Shown: piece by piece, positions 1 to 9,200 of the stretch
Numbering within the stretch: position 1 is the stretch's first letter
Layout: each line of letters starts with the position of its first letter
Virus record (IMG/VR): IMGVR_UViG_3300006201_000009
From: a virus
Lineage: Duplodnaviria > Heunggongvirae > Uroviricota > Caudoviricetes
Length of the DNA stretch: 31,255 bases
Strand: one strand, 5' to 3'
Notes under the pieces: generated by a model
What the model saw: the letters and a program-made list of their open reading frames with translations, nothing else
What the model was told of the DNA's origin: nothing
Database searches by the model: none
Translations under genes and position numbers: made by a program

Positions 1-276
1 GACGATTCGGATTGCAAAGCAAAACCGGCAGATATCTATAAGGCTCTTGCTATCGAAACTTATTACAAGAACTTTATCGACCCCACAACCTTTGACGAGG
101 CTTGCAGTTGGACAGATGGTGAGATCGCGGAAAAGGTTTCAACATTGACCGACGGCGCAAGACAAAATCTTGTAGTTGCTCTCAACGGATTTATTAAGGA
201 CGGTACGCTCGATTCTCGTCGCAAGATAAAGGCATTTGAAAAGGCTCTTGGGTGTGAGCTTCAAGTAAACGATTAA
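1..276 (+). CDS. 5'-truncated phage protein, probably from the head/neck module
   Basis: Frame 1 is open from base 1 to TAA at 274-276 (...GTLDSRRKIKAFEKALGCELQVND*). It is followed by the RBS AAGGGGTG of the next gene. Confidence 0.7.
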   Translation, partial: DDSDCKAKPADIYKALAIETYYKNFIDPTTFDEACSWTDGEIAEKVSTLTDGARQNLVVALNGFIKDGTLDSRRKIKAFEKALGCELQVND

Positions 277-287
277 AGGGGTGAAAT

Positions 288-722
288 ATGCCTACAAAGT
301 TTGAGGAGATTTACGGAAGGGCGTTGTTTAAGTTCACTGACTATTCATTCATTAACACCTGCACTGACTTAAAAGAGGCTGTGCTTCAGAAATATCTTCT
401 ATCATCAATTGTCGATTTTCAACACTCTTGTAAATTAGATTTGAATGATTACGATTTGGAAAATGAACAGTTTAACATCGAGCTGGACAATGAGGTTATA
501 GAGATACTCTCGCTTGGAATAGCGTTCCACTGGTTAAGCGCACAAGCGTTGAATAGACAGCATCTGAAGAATATGATACACAACAAAGATTATACATCGT
601 ATTCTCCTGCAAACCTGCTTAAAGAAATAAGAACTTTGCGTGACGGATTAGAGCAAGAGTATAGAGGCAAGATCAACACGTACTCATTCAGATACGGCTC
701 GTTTGATACTTTGAAGGTGTGA
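288..722 (+). CDS. putative head-completion/adaptor (neck) protein
   Basis: 144-aa ORF with RBS. The pattern (FEEIY..ALFKFTD...DL.D.D.....F..EL....IEIL...W...KD....SPANLL) resembles neck-module proteins of large Firmicutes siphoviruses. Function is inferred from position. Confidence 0.55.
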   Translation: MPTKFEEIYGRALFKFTDYSFINTCTDLKEAVLQKYLLSSIVDFQHSCKLDLNDYDLENEQFNIELDNEVIEILSLGIAFHWLSAQALNRQHLKNMIHNKDYTSYSPANLLKEIRTLRDGLEQEYRGKINTYSFRYGSFDTLKV

Positions 723-731
723 GGTGAAGAC

Positions 732-1049
732 ATGGAACAGTTAAGGAACTATCTATCAAGTTTACGAGGCGATGTATTTAAGCTACTTCCTATGAAAGAA
801 GCTGAAATGAGTGGCGTTAACAACCACATGAGCGAATACATCGAGTCGCTTATTATAAATCTAACGGGTGCAATGACAACATATCCGATTCTTGCATCCC
901 AAAAACAATACCTATATGTAGTAAACAATATGCAGTACATACATGGTCATTCCGTTGACTTCAAGCAGTGGAGAAAGATTATCCTGAATTCAACAAGGAA
1001 CATCGATAATCTTTGCGTGCTATACGGAGGGGAGACGGATGGCAAATGA
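732..1049 (+). CDS. hypothetical protein in the neck module
   Basis: 105-aa ORF with RBS GAGGTG, tightly packed between neighbours. Confidence 0.65.
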   Translation: MEQLRNYLSSLRGDVFKLLPMKEAEMSGVNNHMSEYIESLIINLTGAMTTYPILASQKQYLYVVNNMQYIHGHSVDFKQWRKIILNSTRNIDNLCVLYGGETDGK

Positions 1050-2127
1050 TGAACTCGCATTATATCGCCGCTGGTTGGCTTGCGGCTTAGAAAAAGAAAA
1101 GTGCCAAGAGCAGAACTATGTTCAAGAAAGTTTTGCTGAAACAATACAACAAAGCTCTGCGTATCAAAAAGATGCGCTTGTAAATGGCAATCCGCAACCT
1201 ATTGTTGCAACGCGCAAAGAGACCAACAAATGTGATGTTACGGTTATCCCTGGGGATAGACTGTACATAGGGGATTTGGTAAAGGTATTTAATGAGTACT
1301 GGATTTGTGTAGAGATGTATGTGGATGAGTTCGGTATGTATTACGGTGAGCTTTGGATGTGTAACCATATATTCCATTATCAAGATTTTGAGCTCAACAC
1401 AATTCACAAGTACGCAATTCTTGACGATGGCTCGTATTCAAAAGGGAACGATAAAGCGCTTGTCGTTACCGATAACAGTTTCAACTGCTATATTTCTTTG
1501 GATGACGAAAGCCGCTCGTTGTTTATAGATAAGCGACTTGGTATAAGCGTTATCTACGACAAAGACGGCAAAGAAGTTCTCGAGGCAGGTAAAATTAAAT
1601 GGATTGATATTAAGAGTCGCAACTTTGGCGAGGGTAGTCATTTAATGGTTTTCGGTATTAACGACGACCCATTCAATCCTGAGTCAGACAATATAGAGTT
1701 GCTAATATGCGATTATAAAGAAAAACCGAAAGAGGAATTGCCCGAAGAGCCAGAACCCATTGAGCCAGAGCCGGTTGAACCAGATAACCCAGATAATCCA
1801 GATGAGAACCCAGATGAAAATCCAGGAGAGGAAACGGTTGTAATCAAAGGCAGATTGGTGATTGACGGTAGAAAAACCATACGTTCAGGCAGTGCTCGCA
1901 CGTATTCTTTAACCGCAATAGATAAAGAAAGCGGCGAAAGCATCGAGCCTCCGGCGGAAGTTGAGTGGAGCGTTGAAGGGGAAGGCGTATCCATAAAACC
2001 GAGTGGAGCAACGTGCAAAATAAGCGTTAAAGAAGATGATGATTTGGTTGGCTCGATTTTTACAATAACCTGCATTTGTACGACAGGGGAATATATAGAA
2101 GCAAAATACGAAGTGGAGGTAACCTAA
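1039..2127 (+). CDS. putative head-closure/neck protein with Pro/Glu-rich linker and C-terminal Ig-like domain
   Basis: 362 aa with RBS GGGGAG. The acidic linker EEPEPIEPEPVEPDNPDNPDENPDENP precedes a beta-rich ~95-aa domain (IDGRKTIRSG...YSL...VEWSV...CKISV...FTITC). Confidence 0.6.
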   Translation: MANDELALYRRWLACGLEKEKCQEQNYVQESFAETIQQSSAYQKDALVNGNPQPIVATRKETNKCDVTVIPGDRLYIGDLVKVFNEYWICVEMYVDEFGMYYGELWMCNHIFHYQDFELNTIHKYAILDDGSYSKGNDKALVVTDNSFNCYISLDDESRSLFIDKRLGISVIYDKDGKEVLEAGKIKWIDIKSRNFGEGSHLMVFGINDDPFNPESDNIELLICDYKEKPKEELPEEPEPIEPEPVEPDNPDNPDENPDENPGEETVVIKGRLVIDGRKTIRSGSARTYSLTAIDKESGESIEPPAEVEWSVEGEGVSIKPSGATCKISVKEDDDLVGSIFTITCICTTGEYIEAKYEVEVT

Positions 2128-2128
2128 T

Positions 2129-2635
2129 ATGGCAAAAACTTATTTAGACCAAATAGTAGAATATCCCGCAAAGGTTATACTCCGCATAGCCGAAGACAAA
2201 TATTGTACGGGGTTAATCGTAAATAAAGCGTTCGACGATGTTGGTGAAGATGACATCGATAAAACTATGGAAACCAACATCAAAGATTATCAATATATCG
2301 ACGAAACATCACAAGAGGTGGCTGCCTATATATGGGTAGAAATGGAGGTAAATCGCGTAGATAATAGAACTATAAAAGGCATACGACTCTACGTTACGGT
2401 TGCTTGCCATAAAAATTATATGGCGCTAAATAGAAAGACATTCAAGGGAGTCATCGGGAACCGCAGAGATAACCTTGTTAGATATGTCGATAGAGTATTA
2501 AACAATTCTGAATTTCTTGGAATTGGAAAACTAAAACTGAACTCCGTTAAAACCGTGACACCGATAAGCGGTTTTGCGATAAGAGAGATAACATACGAAG
2601 TTCCCGATTTTAATATCGTGGAGATTAACGAGTGA
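2129..2635 (+). CDS. putative tail-completion/terminator-type protein
   Basis: 168 aa with RBS GGAGG. Size and position upstream of the major tail protein support the call; function is inferred. Confidence 0.5.
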   Translation: MAKTYLDQIVEYPAKVILRIAEDKYCTGLIVNKAFDDVGEDDIDKTMETNIKDYQYIDETSQEVAAYIWVEMEVNRVDNRTIKGIRLYVTVACHKNYMALNRKTFKGVIGNRRDNLVRYVDRVLNNSEFLGIGKLKLNSVKTVTPISGFAIREITYEVPDFNIVEINE

Positions 2636-3411
2636 AGTTTAGTTATGAGGACTTAATCAGTGGTGACTCAATACCCGTTGATGGTGTTGGGCATATAAGG
2701 TCTCCGCTGTTGCGCGAATTAAAGCCCACGAAAGGTATCGGTATGTGGACTTATAATTTGTACTTAAATATTTTGAGCTGGGAAAAGGACGATATAATTA
2801 AGTTTATGAAAGTTTCAAGCGGTAAGCAATTAAGAAGCTTGAATGGCAAAGATGAACTTAATGCCTTTGATGTCGCTACACTCCTCGATCAACCAAGACA
2901 GCTATTGCAAGACGCAATGGCTTTTTTTATTGACGAGGATTTGGAATGGGATAAGCGAAAGCGCGTTTTTATTACCAAATCAAAAGACAACCACAACGAG
3001 ATAGGGAAAATCAATAGAGATAATTTTGACGATGTTCGAGATATGATGCTTCAAGCAAACTACATTAACTTGGGGCGTTCTGCTAAACCAGCCAAGTTTG
3101 CGTCTGGTAAGGCTCAATCTCTTTGGGAAATTGCACAGCAACACTTAAAAAAGGAAGCTACAAAAGCAACACCAGACAAGCGAATGCAACTTGGAAACAT
3201 TATCTCAAAATTAAGTTGCGTCTCCGTTGGATATACCCTATTAAACATATACGATTTAACCGTGTTTCAGTTGTATGATCAATTCTTCCAGTATGGATAC
3301 TTACGAGCTATGGATTTAAGTGAAATGGCTTATAGCAATCACGGTGGAAAAGATTTTGACGTACAGGCTTGGTTAAAACCAATAACAAATTTAGAAAAGG
3401 AGCAGAAATAA
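2632..3411 (+). CDS. hypothetical tail-module protein
   Basis: 259 aa, GTG start overlapping the upstream TGA (GTGA), RBS GGAG. Confidence 0.65.
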   Translation: MKFSYEDLISGDSIPVDGVGHIRSPLLRELKPTKGIGMWTYNLYLNILSWEKDDIIKFMKVSSGKQLRSLNGKDELNAFDVATLLDQPRQLLQDAMAFFIDEDLEWDKRKRVFITKSKDNHNEIGKINRDNFDDVRDMMLQANYINLGRSAKPAKFASGKAQSLWEIAQQHLKKEATKATPDKRMQLGNIISKLSCVSVGYTLLNIYDLTVFQLYDQFFQYGYLRAMDLSEMAYSNHGGKDFDVQAWLKPITNLEKEQK

Positions 3412-3412
3412 T

Positions 3413-4084
3413 ATGAGTGCATCAATTAAAATGGCTAACCGTTATGGCTTGAATTTGAAGCTTACCAATATAACGGACGACACCGATACGATGGTTATCG
3501 ATTTCGCGAACGAAGTCAGCCTTGAAGTAACCGGTGAAATTACGTGGGCTACCGGTGGTCAGGGACACGTAAAAATGATAGGGTTCAAAGACCCGCTTGA
3601 GGGAACGCTGAAGGTTTCCACTCAGGTTACAGATAGCGGTATCATGAATTTGATTTCCGGTCAGAAACTTACCGACGATAGCGGCGTCGCTTCGTTCAAC
3701 GGCAAGATGAAGAAATTCCGTTATTACAAAATCGAGGGCGATACGCTTTGGCAGGACGAGGACGGCAACGTTTACACGGAGAATGTCATCGTTTACAAGG
3801 CTCTCGTAAAACCCAACTACAGTGTTACGTATAACGGTTCGGGAGACCCTGTGAGCATCGATATTGAGTTTGAGCTTGCAGAGGACAAAGAAAAGAACTT
3901 TGTCGATATCAAGCGCGACAAAGACCCCGTTCCCGAGGAATCTACCGAAGGCGGCACGACTACGCCCGATACTCCCGTTCAAGGCGGAGAAGGCGACGGC
4001 AATGAGGGCGGTGCGGATACGCCCAATCCCGATACCGGTGACGAAACGGGTGGAGAAACTGGCGGCGGCACCGAGAATCCATAA
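3413..4084 (+). CDS. major tail (tube) protein with acidic low-complexity C-terminal extension
   Basis: The pattern IDFANEVSLEVTGEITWATGGQG...IGF....EGTLKVSTQV...DPVSIDIEFEL is typical of tail-tube proteins. Strong RBS AAGGAG, upstream of the tape measure gene. Confidence 0.7.
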   Translation: MSASIKMANRYGLNLKLTNITDDTDTMVIDFANEVSLEVTGEITWATGGQGHVKMIGFKDPLEGTLKVSTQVTDSGIMNLISGQKLTDDSGVASFNGKMKKFRYYKIEGDTLWQDEDGNVYTENVIVYKALVKPNYSVTYNGSGDPVSIDIEFELAEDKEKNFVDIKRDKDPVPEESTEGGTTTPDTPVQGGEGDGNEGGADTPNPDTGDETGGETGGGTENP

Positions 4085-4107
4085 ATAAGTATTAGGCATT
4101 TAGAGAA

Positions 4108-4133
4108 ATAGCCGCGGCTATATGTCGCGGCTA
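4108..4133 (+). other. GC-rich stem-loop after the major tail gene, no U-tract
   Basis: TAGCCGCGGC-tatat-GTCGCGGCTA (10 bp, one G-U). ATAGCCGCGGCTAT at 4108-4121 is itself a perfect 14-bp palindrome. Confidence 0.6.
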
Positions 4134-4154
4134 CGACTCTAATTATTTACCAAT

Positions 4155-4658
4155 ATGAATGAAAGGTCAAAATACAATGTAGGCAAAAAAACCTATGAAC
4201 GTACATACGACGGTATTGTGTTTGATAGCGTCGTTGAAATGAAATATTATCGTGATGTAATATTGCCAGCGGTACAAAGTGGGGAAATAACACATTACGA
4301 GATGCAAAAAAAATATATATTGCAACCGCCCTTCATAAGAGATGGTAAGAAAGTTCAGGCTATCGAATATAAGGCGGATTTTTATACAGTGAGTAAAGAC
4401 GGAAAAGAAACCGTTATAGACATCAAAGGGTGTCCTGATAATGTAGCAAAGCTGAAACGAAAAATGTTCTGGTTTACTTATCCAGACCTTGATTATGTTT
4501 GGATAGGGTACTCGAAGATCGACGGGGGATGGACTACATATGAAGCAATTAACGCTGGGCGAAAGCAGCGCAGGAAAGAAAAAGCACAGAAATTAAAGGA
4601 GATCGAGGAATATAATGAAAAAATCAAAAAGCGAAAACAACAACACAGCACAAATTAG
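4155..4658 (+). CDS. DUF1064-like protein (PD-(D/E)xK nuclease-like fold)
   Basis: SKYN...YDGIVFDS..E..YY...QKKYILQP.F......IEYKADF......VIDIKG is the DUF1064 pattern. Confidence 0.75.
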   Translation: MNERSKYNVGKKTYERTYDGIVFDSVVEMKYYRDVILPAVQSGEITHYEMQKKYILQPPFIRDGKKVQAIEYKADFYTVSKDGKETVIDIKGCPDNVAKLKRKMFWFTYPDLDYVWIGYSKIDGGWTTYEAINAGRKQRRKEKAQKLKEIEEYNEKIKKRKQQHSTN

Positions 4659-5220
4659 GGCGCTCGTTGAGGCGACTGCGCCAAGGGTGGGGGAACTTAA
4701 GTATGGCGAAGGCGAGACGGAACTCGTGGTTAAGGTTTACCCTGTTCTGCCGTTTACGAAAAGAATGGAGATGGTGCGGGAAATTGTAGACGGCGTCTTT
4801 ATGGATGAGAAAGACTCCGTAAAAACATACGTACCCGAATATCGTACTCTTCTCGAAAGATATACGGTAATCAAGTTTTTCACCGACTTGACTCTTCCTA
4901 CAAAGTTGGACGATATGTGGCTGGTTTTGAAATATACAACCATTTATGATGATGTTGTCAAACTCGTAGGCGAGGCAGATATAGAGGATATATTCGATGC
5001 GGCGAACAATGCAATCGATACATATAGGCAATATCTTGTCGCCAAGACTGATGTCAACTCGCTCATGAATAAAATAGGCGGCGTACTAAGTGACTTTGAA
5101 GGGAGAGTTCCGCAAGAAGACATTGATGCGATAACCTCTAAAATCAAGGATTTGGCTCCGAATGGTTCGTTGCAGGATATTATAAGTGGTTTATTTGGAA
5201 AAAAGGATGTTCAAGGTTAA
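4615..5220 (+). CDS. hypothetical protein, possible tail assembly chaperone
   Basis: 201-aa mostly helical ORF with RBS GAGGA, between the major tail and tape measure genes. Confidence 0.6.
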   Translation: MKKSKSENNNTAQIRALVEATAPRVGELKYGEGETELVVKVYPVLPFTKRMEMVREIVDGVFMDEKDSVKTYVPEYRTLLERYTVIKFFTDLTLPTKLDDMWLVLKYTTIYDDVVKLVGEADIEDIFDAANNAIDTYRQYLVAKTDVNSLMNKIGGVLSDFEGRVPQEDIDAITSKIKDLAPNGSLQDIISGLFGKKDVQG

Positions 5221-5232
5221 TACTTAGTTTAA

Positions 5233-5252
5233 GATGTTCCGTAAGGAATATC
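5233..5252 (+). promoter_or_regulatory. GNRA-tetraloop hairpin abutting an RBS
   Basis: GATGTTCC-GTAA-GGAATATC (8 bp, one G-U), directly followed by GGAGGA at 5253-5258. Confidence 0.5.
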
Positions 5253-5265
5253 GGAGGAGAGCAGA

Positions 5266-5574
5266 ATGATGCAAACATTGCAAATTATAAGCCTTGTAAT
5301 AAGCTTACCGAGTGCTGCTATCGTCCTCTTAACATCAGTGTGTAAACCATTTAGAACGTGGCTTTTAGGTCGCTATCGTGGACAAGAAACCGACAGATGT
5401 TTGTTGAGGGATAGAATTACCGAGATTTATTACAAGCACTATCATGAACGTCAGATGCGGCTCTACGAATACGAAGACTTAGAAAAGCTTTATTTTCAAT
5501 ATAAAAAGTTAAAGGGGAATTCGTTCGTAGACAAGATTTGGGATGAGGTTCAAACTTGGACTATTGACGAATAA
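5266..5574 (+). CDS. small membrane protein with one N-terminal TM segment, holin-like
   Basis: Hydrophobic N-terminus LQIISLVISLPSAAIVLLTSV, then LLRDRITEIYYK...LEKLY.QYKKLKGNSFV, a pattern seen in small Firmicutes phage membrane proteins. Confidence 0.55.
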   Translation: MMQTLQIISLVISLPSAAIVLLTSVCKPFRTWLLGRYRGQETDRCLLRDRITEIYYKHYHERQMRLYEYEDLEKLYFQYKKLKGNSFVDKIWDEVQTWTIDE

Positions 5575-5583
5575 AAGAATAGT

Positions 5584-5640
5584 TTGATACAGAGTGGGGC
5601 TGGGTGAATAAATCATCCAGCCCTTGTTCTGTGGTGTCAA
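5584..5640 (+). other. long imperfect intergenic stem-loop
   Basis: Core GGGGCTGGGTGA-ataaa-TCATCCAGCCCT (12 bp, two G-U), extended by ACAGAG/TTCTGT. It ends just before the RBS of the next gene. Confidence 0.55.
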
Positions 5641-5651
5641 CGGAGGGGCTA

Positions 5652-6191
5652 ATGATTACAGAGGAATATATTAACAAGCTTATCGAGCAATATGCCAAGT
5701 CCCCCGCGGGCAAGGCAGCAATTAAAAAGCAAACAGGTATTACATATACCGATAAAGACCCGTCGGCAATGTTGATGGCATACGGAGAACAGATGAAGAA
5801 GATACTTTATCAGCATATCAATCCGCTTATTAAATCAATCATACCCGACGACATAATTGTAGAAAAACCATACCAAGGGAATGACGGATTGTGGAGATTG
5901 GAAGTATCGTTTCGCGAGGGGTCATTACAAAGAGACTCTCTTGACTTGGAAACCTATCCAGAGGGATTGCACAACATTGTTCTATTGTTTACAAAAGGAT
6001 ACCATGCGAGAGATTATGTATATGGATGGTGGTATGACCAATATGGCAACCACGGCAACGTGCGAAGCCGTAAAGACAGGGAGCCTAATGACTTTTTGAC
6101 GCAAGCCGTTAATGAATTTAATAATGGCGCGGGAAAAGGAATAGCAAAAGCGGAACTCGTAGGCATTTACAAAGATGGTTCCGATGTTTAA
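5652..6191 (+). CDS. conserved hypothetical virion-module protein
   Basis: ATG at 5652 with RBS GGAGGGG is preferred over the GTG at 5604, which lies inside the hairpin. Contains SLQRDSL...GLHNIVLLFTKGYHARDYVYGWW. Confidence 0.65.
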   Translation: MITEEYINKLIEQYAKSPAGKAAIKKQTGITYTDKDPSAMLMAYGEQMKKILYQHINPLIKSIIPDDIIVEKPYQGNDGLWRLEVSFREGSLQRDSLDLETYPEGLHNIVLLFTKGYHARDYVYGWWYDQYGNHGNVRSRKDREPNDFLTQAVNEFNNGAGKGIAKAELVGIYKDGSDV

Positions 6192-6204
6192 TATCGAATT
6201 TTAT

Positions 6205-6225
6205 GCTCGCTTATGCGAGTTTTTT
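6205..6225 (+). terminator. intrinsic terminator-like hairpin just upstream of the tape measure gene
   Basis: GCTCGC-ttat-GCGAGT followed by a T-run (T6 at 6220-6225). Confidence 0.6.
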
Positions 6226-6249
6226 AATAATAAATAAAGGAGGAGGAAT

Positions 6250-9200
6250 ATGGCTGATAATGTAATTGGCATTAAGTTTGGTGTCGCTGGCGGCAAAGGT
6301 TTTCTTGCTGGTTCATCTGGCGCATTGATAAAAGAACAACTTGAATACATAGCAAATCGAATAAAGTTAAAAGTCAACATAAACAAGACCTACTTCAAAA
6401 GCCAATTAACCGCGCTTAAAAAAGAGCTCGATAAAACGCTCGGTGATCTAAATATCAATGTAAGAGCCAATGTTAAGACGGAAGGTCAAGGCGGCTCCTC
6501 TGGCGGCGGTGGCGACAAACAAGAGCAAGTTGCAAGCTACGAATCTGTAACAAAGGCTCTTGAAAGATTATATCAAACAAAGGTTAAATTATTAAAATTG
6601 CCTAAGGCGGATGATGGTAGTTTTTCGTCAGTGGCAGGCGTTAAGGCAAACGCGGATGCAAATAATCTTGACAAACAATTTAGAGAACAGCTTGAAGCCC
6701 TTGAGAAACTTGAGGGCGTGGATAAAGAAAGAGTTCAGTATATCAAAGAATACAGGGAGCAATTAGAACAAGCCTACCAACTTCAAAAGCAGGCGGCGGA
6801 GACTCCTATTCAACAACAAGTACAGATGGCAACACCTACCGATATTGCTAAGTTGCAAAGAATGTCGGCATCTCTTTATGTTGATAATGGTTTCGATGAT
6901 GTTATAGCTCGAAGTAAAGAAGCGAAAAAGCTTGTAGACGAATTTAGTGCGAGTTTGAACGAAGCGCTTAATCAGGGTGGAGGTCAATTAACCAAAGAAA
7001 AGGTTAAGGAACTTAATGCTCAATTCATGCAGACACAAGCACGTCTAAAAGAAATACAGAGAGAAACTGATACGCTTGGAAATAAAATTAAGGAAGCTTT
7101 CGACTCTCGAGTTATTCAACGTATCGCACAAACGCTGTTACTCTTGTTATTACGTGCTTTGAAACAGGTCTACGATAACGTTAAAAAGATAGATGCTGCA
7201 ATGACGGAGCTAAGAATAATTACGGGTGCTACCGCAAAAGAAATGGATGCTGCGGCAAGAAGTATTGCAAAGTCAGCCAAAGAAATAGGTGCAAGCGTTG
7301 TTGATCTCACCAACTCTACAAGCACATATGCGAGACTTGGGTTTGGCTTAGAGGACGCCGAATTACTTGCAAAGAAAACAACTATGTACGCCAACATTTC
7401 TGGTGTTAACGTAGATGAAGCAACGACAAATATTACTGGTATTATTAAAGCTTATAACATCGGCGCGGAAGGTCTTGAAAACGTTTTAGACCAGATGATT
7501 TGGGTCGGCAATAGTTTTGCTATTTCACAAGCAGAAATTGGTGAGGCAATGAATAACGCGGCAAGTGCATTAGCATCAAACGGGAATACGCTTCAAGAGG
7601 CTATTGGTATAGTTACTGCCGCAAATGCGTCATTACAGAATGTAAGCAAATCATCTACGGCAGTTCGTACAATAGCTGCTCGTATTTCTGCCAGCACAGC
7701 TGAATTACAAGAGCTTGGTGAAGATGCAGGCGACATATTATCAACCGCTGATCTCGACAGAAAGATGCGTGCATTTGGTGTATCTATCTCGGGCGCCAAC
7801 GGAGAGCTACGCTCGACATATGCTATACTTGGAGACCTTGCTGCTAAGTGGGGAGACTTTAACGATGCTGAACGGGCTGCTATTGCTGATATGCTTGCTG
7901 GTACAAGGCAGCAAAATGCTTTTTATAGCATAATGCAAAACTGGAACGATGCTGCCAGTGTCGTTGAAAATGCAACCCAAGGTGTTGGGGCATTACAAGA
8001 CGCGCAAGAGATATACATTGACTCCATTGAGGGAAAATCAAATCAGTTAAAGGCGGCGTGGGAAGAGTTTTCAACATCTTTATTAGATAGTGGTATCGTT
8101 AAATTTTTCATAGACTTACTGTCTGTTATAGCAAAAGTTCTAAATGCAATCTTATCTCTCGGCAATGGGTTTATGGCAAATGGCGCAATAATGGCAGCAG
8201 CCGTTATTGGCGTTATCGCTATGATAAACAAGTTAATTCCAGCGTTCAAGAATATGCGCTTACAGTTCAAACTTCTACAAACAGAGCTTGGGGTAACGGC
8301 AACTGGAATAAAAGGGTTTTTCGCAACGGTTGGGACAGCTATTCAGAAATTTTTGGCAAAAAATGCGCCTATCTTAATTATCACAACGATACTTACCTTA
8401 ATGACTTCATTGAGCGGTCAAGCGAGAGGCTGGGCAGAACTAATTGCCGGCGCCGTGGCTCTTATCGCAACGGCAATAATCATTGCTGTAAAGGGAGTTG
8501 ACGCAACCATCAAAGGGTTTATGGCAACCAACCCAATAGGCTGGATTTTACTTGCGATATCTGCTGTTGTCTCCGTAGTAAAAGGCATTTTTGACCTGAT
8601 TGAAGCATTTAATCCTTCATATGAAACACTCAAAGAAGCAGCTAAAGAATCAATTGACGCTTGGAAAGATGCAGAAGACGAGCTTGATGAAGTTAAAGAT
8701 AAACTTGCAGAAATTAACGAACAAATTGATGCGATCAATAAAAAAGATAATATAAGCCTCGTCGATAAAGAGGAGCTTAAATATCTTGAAGAGCAGAAGG
8801 CTAACCTTGAAGCTATCGAGGCAACAAAGGCAGAAGAAGCCAAGAGAGCTAAACAAAAGGCAGCGAGTGATGCTGCGGGTGCTCTTGGAAAATATAATGA
8901 TACACATACGGTTGACGACGCTCCGTGGTGGGAGTGGTTGTTAATTGGACCCTTTGCGTTTATACATCAGGGAATCGCTTGGGGCTCAGACACATACGAA
9001 GAAAAATTCAATGAAATCTTAAAGAATTACCAAAGCGCTTCGCAGGAAGATAAAGATTTTATTACGAGCACACTTAAAGAATACGGTGAAATGCTTGATG
9101 GATTTGAATTTGGTGATAGTGCCGAGCTTGATACATATTTAGCGCAATATTACAGGATGATTGATAGTTACAATCTCCAAACAGGCAATGCTGCGCAGAC

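Noticed and set aside
5199-5205. A-AAA-AAG slippery heptamer at the end of the possible tail chaperone gene (lambda G/GT-type frameshift)
   Set aside because: The -1 frame gives only a ~46-codon Cys-rich extension ending near 5345 and does not join the next ORF (5266 is in another frame).
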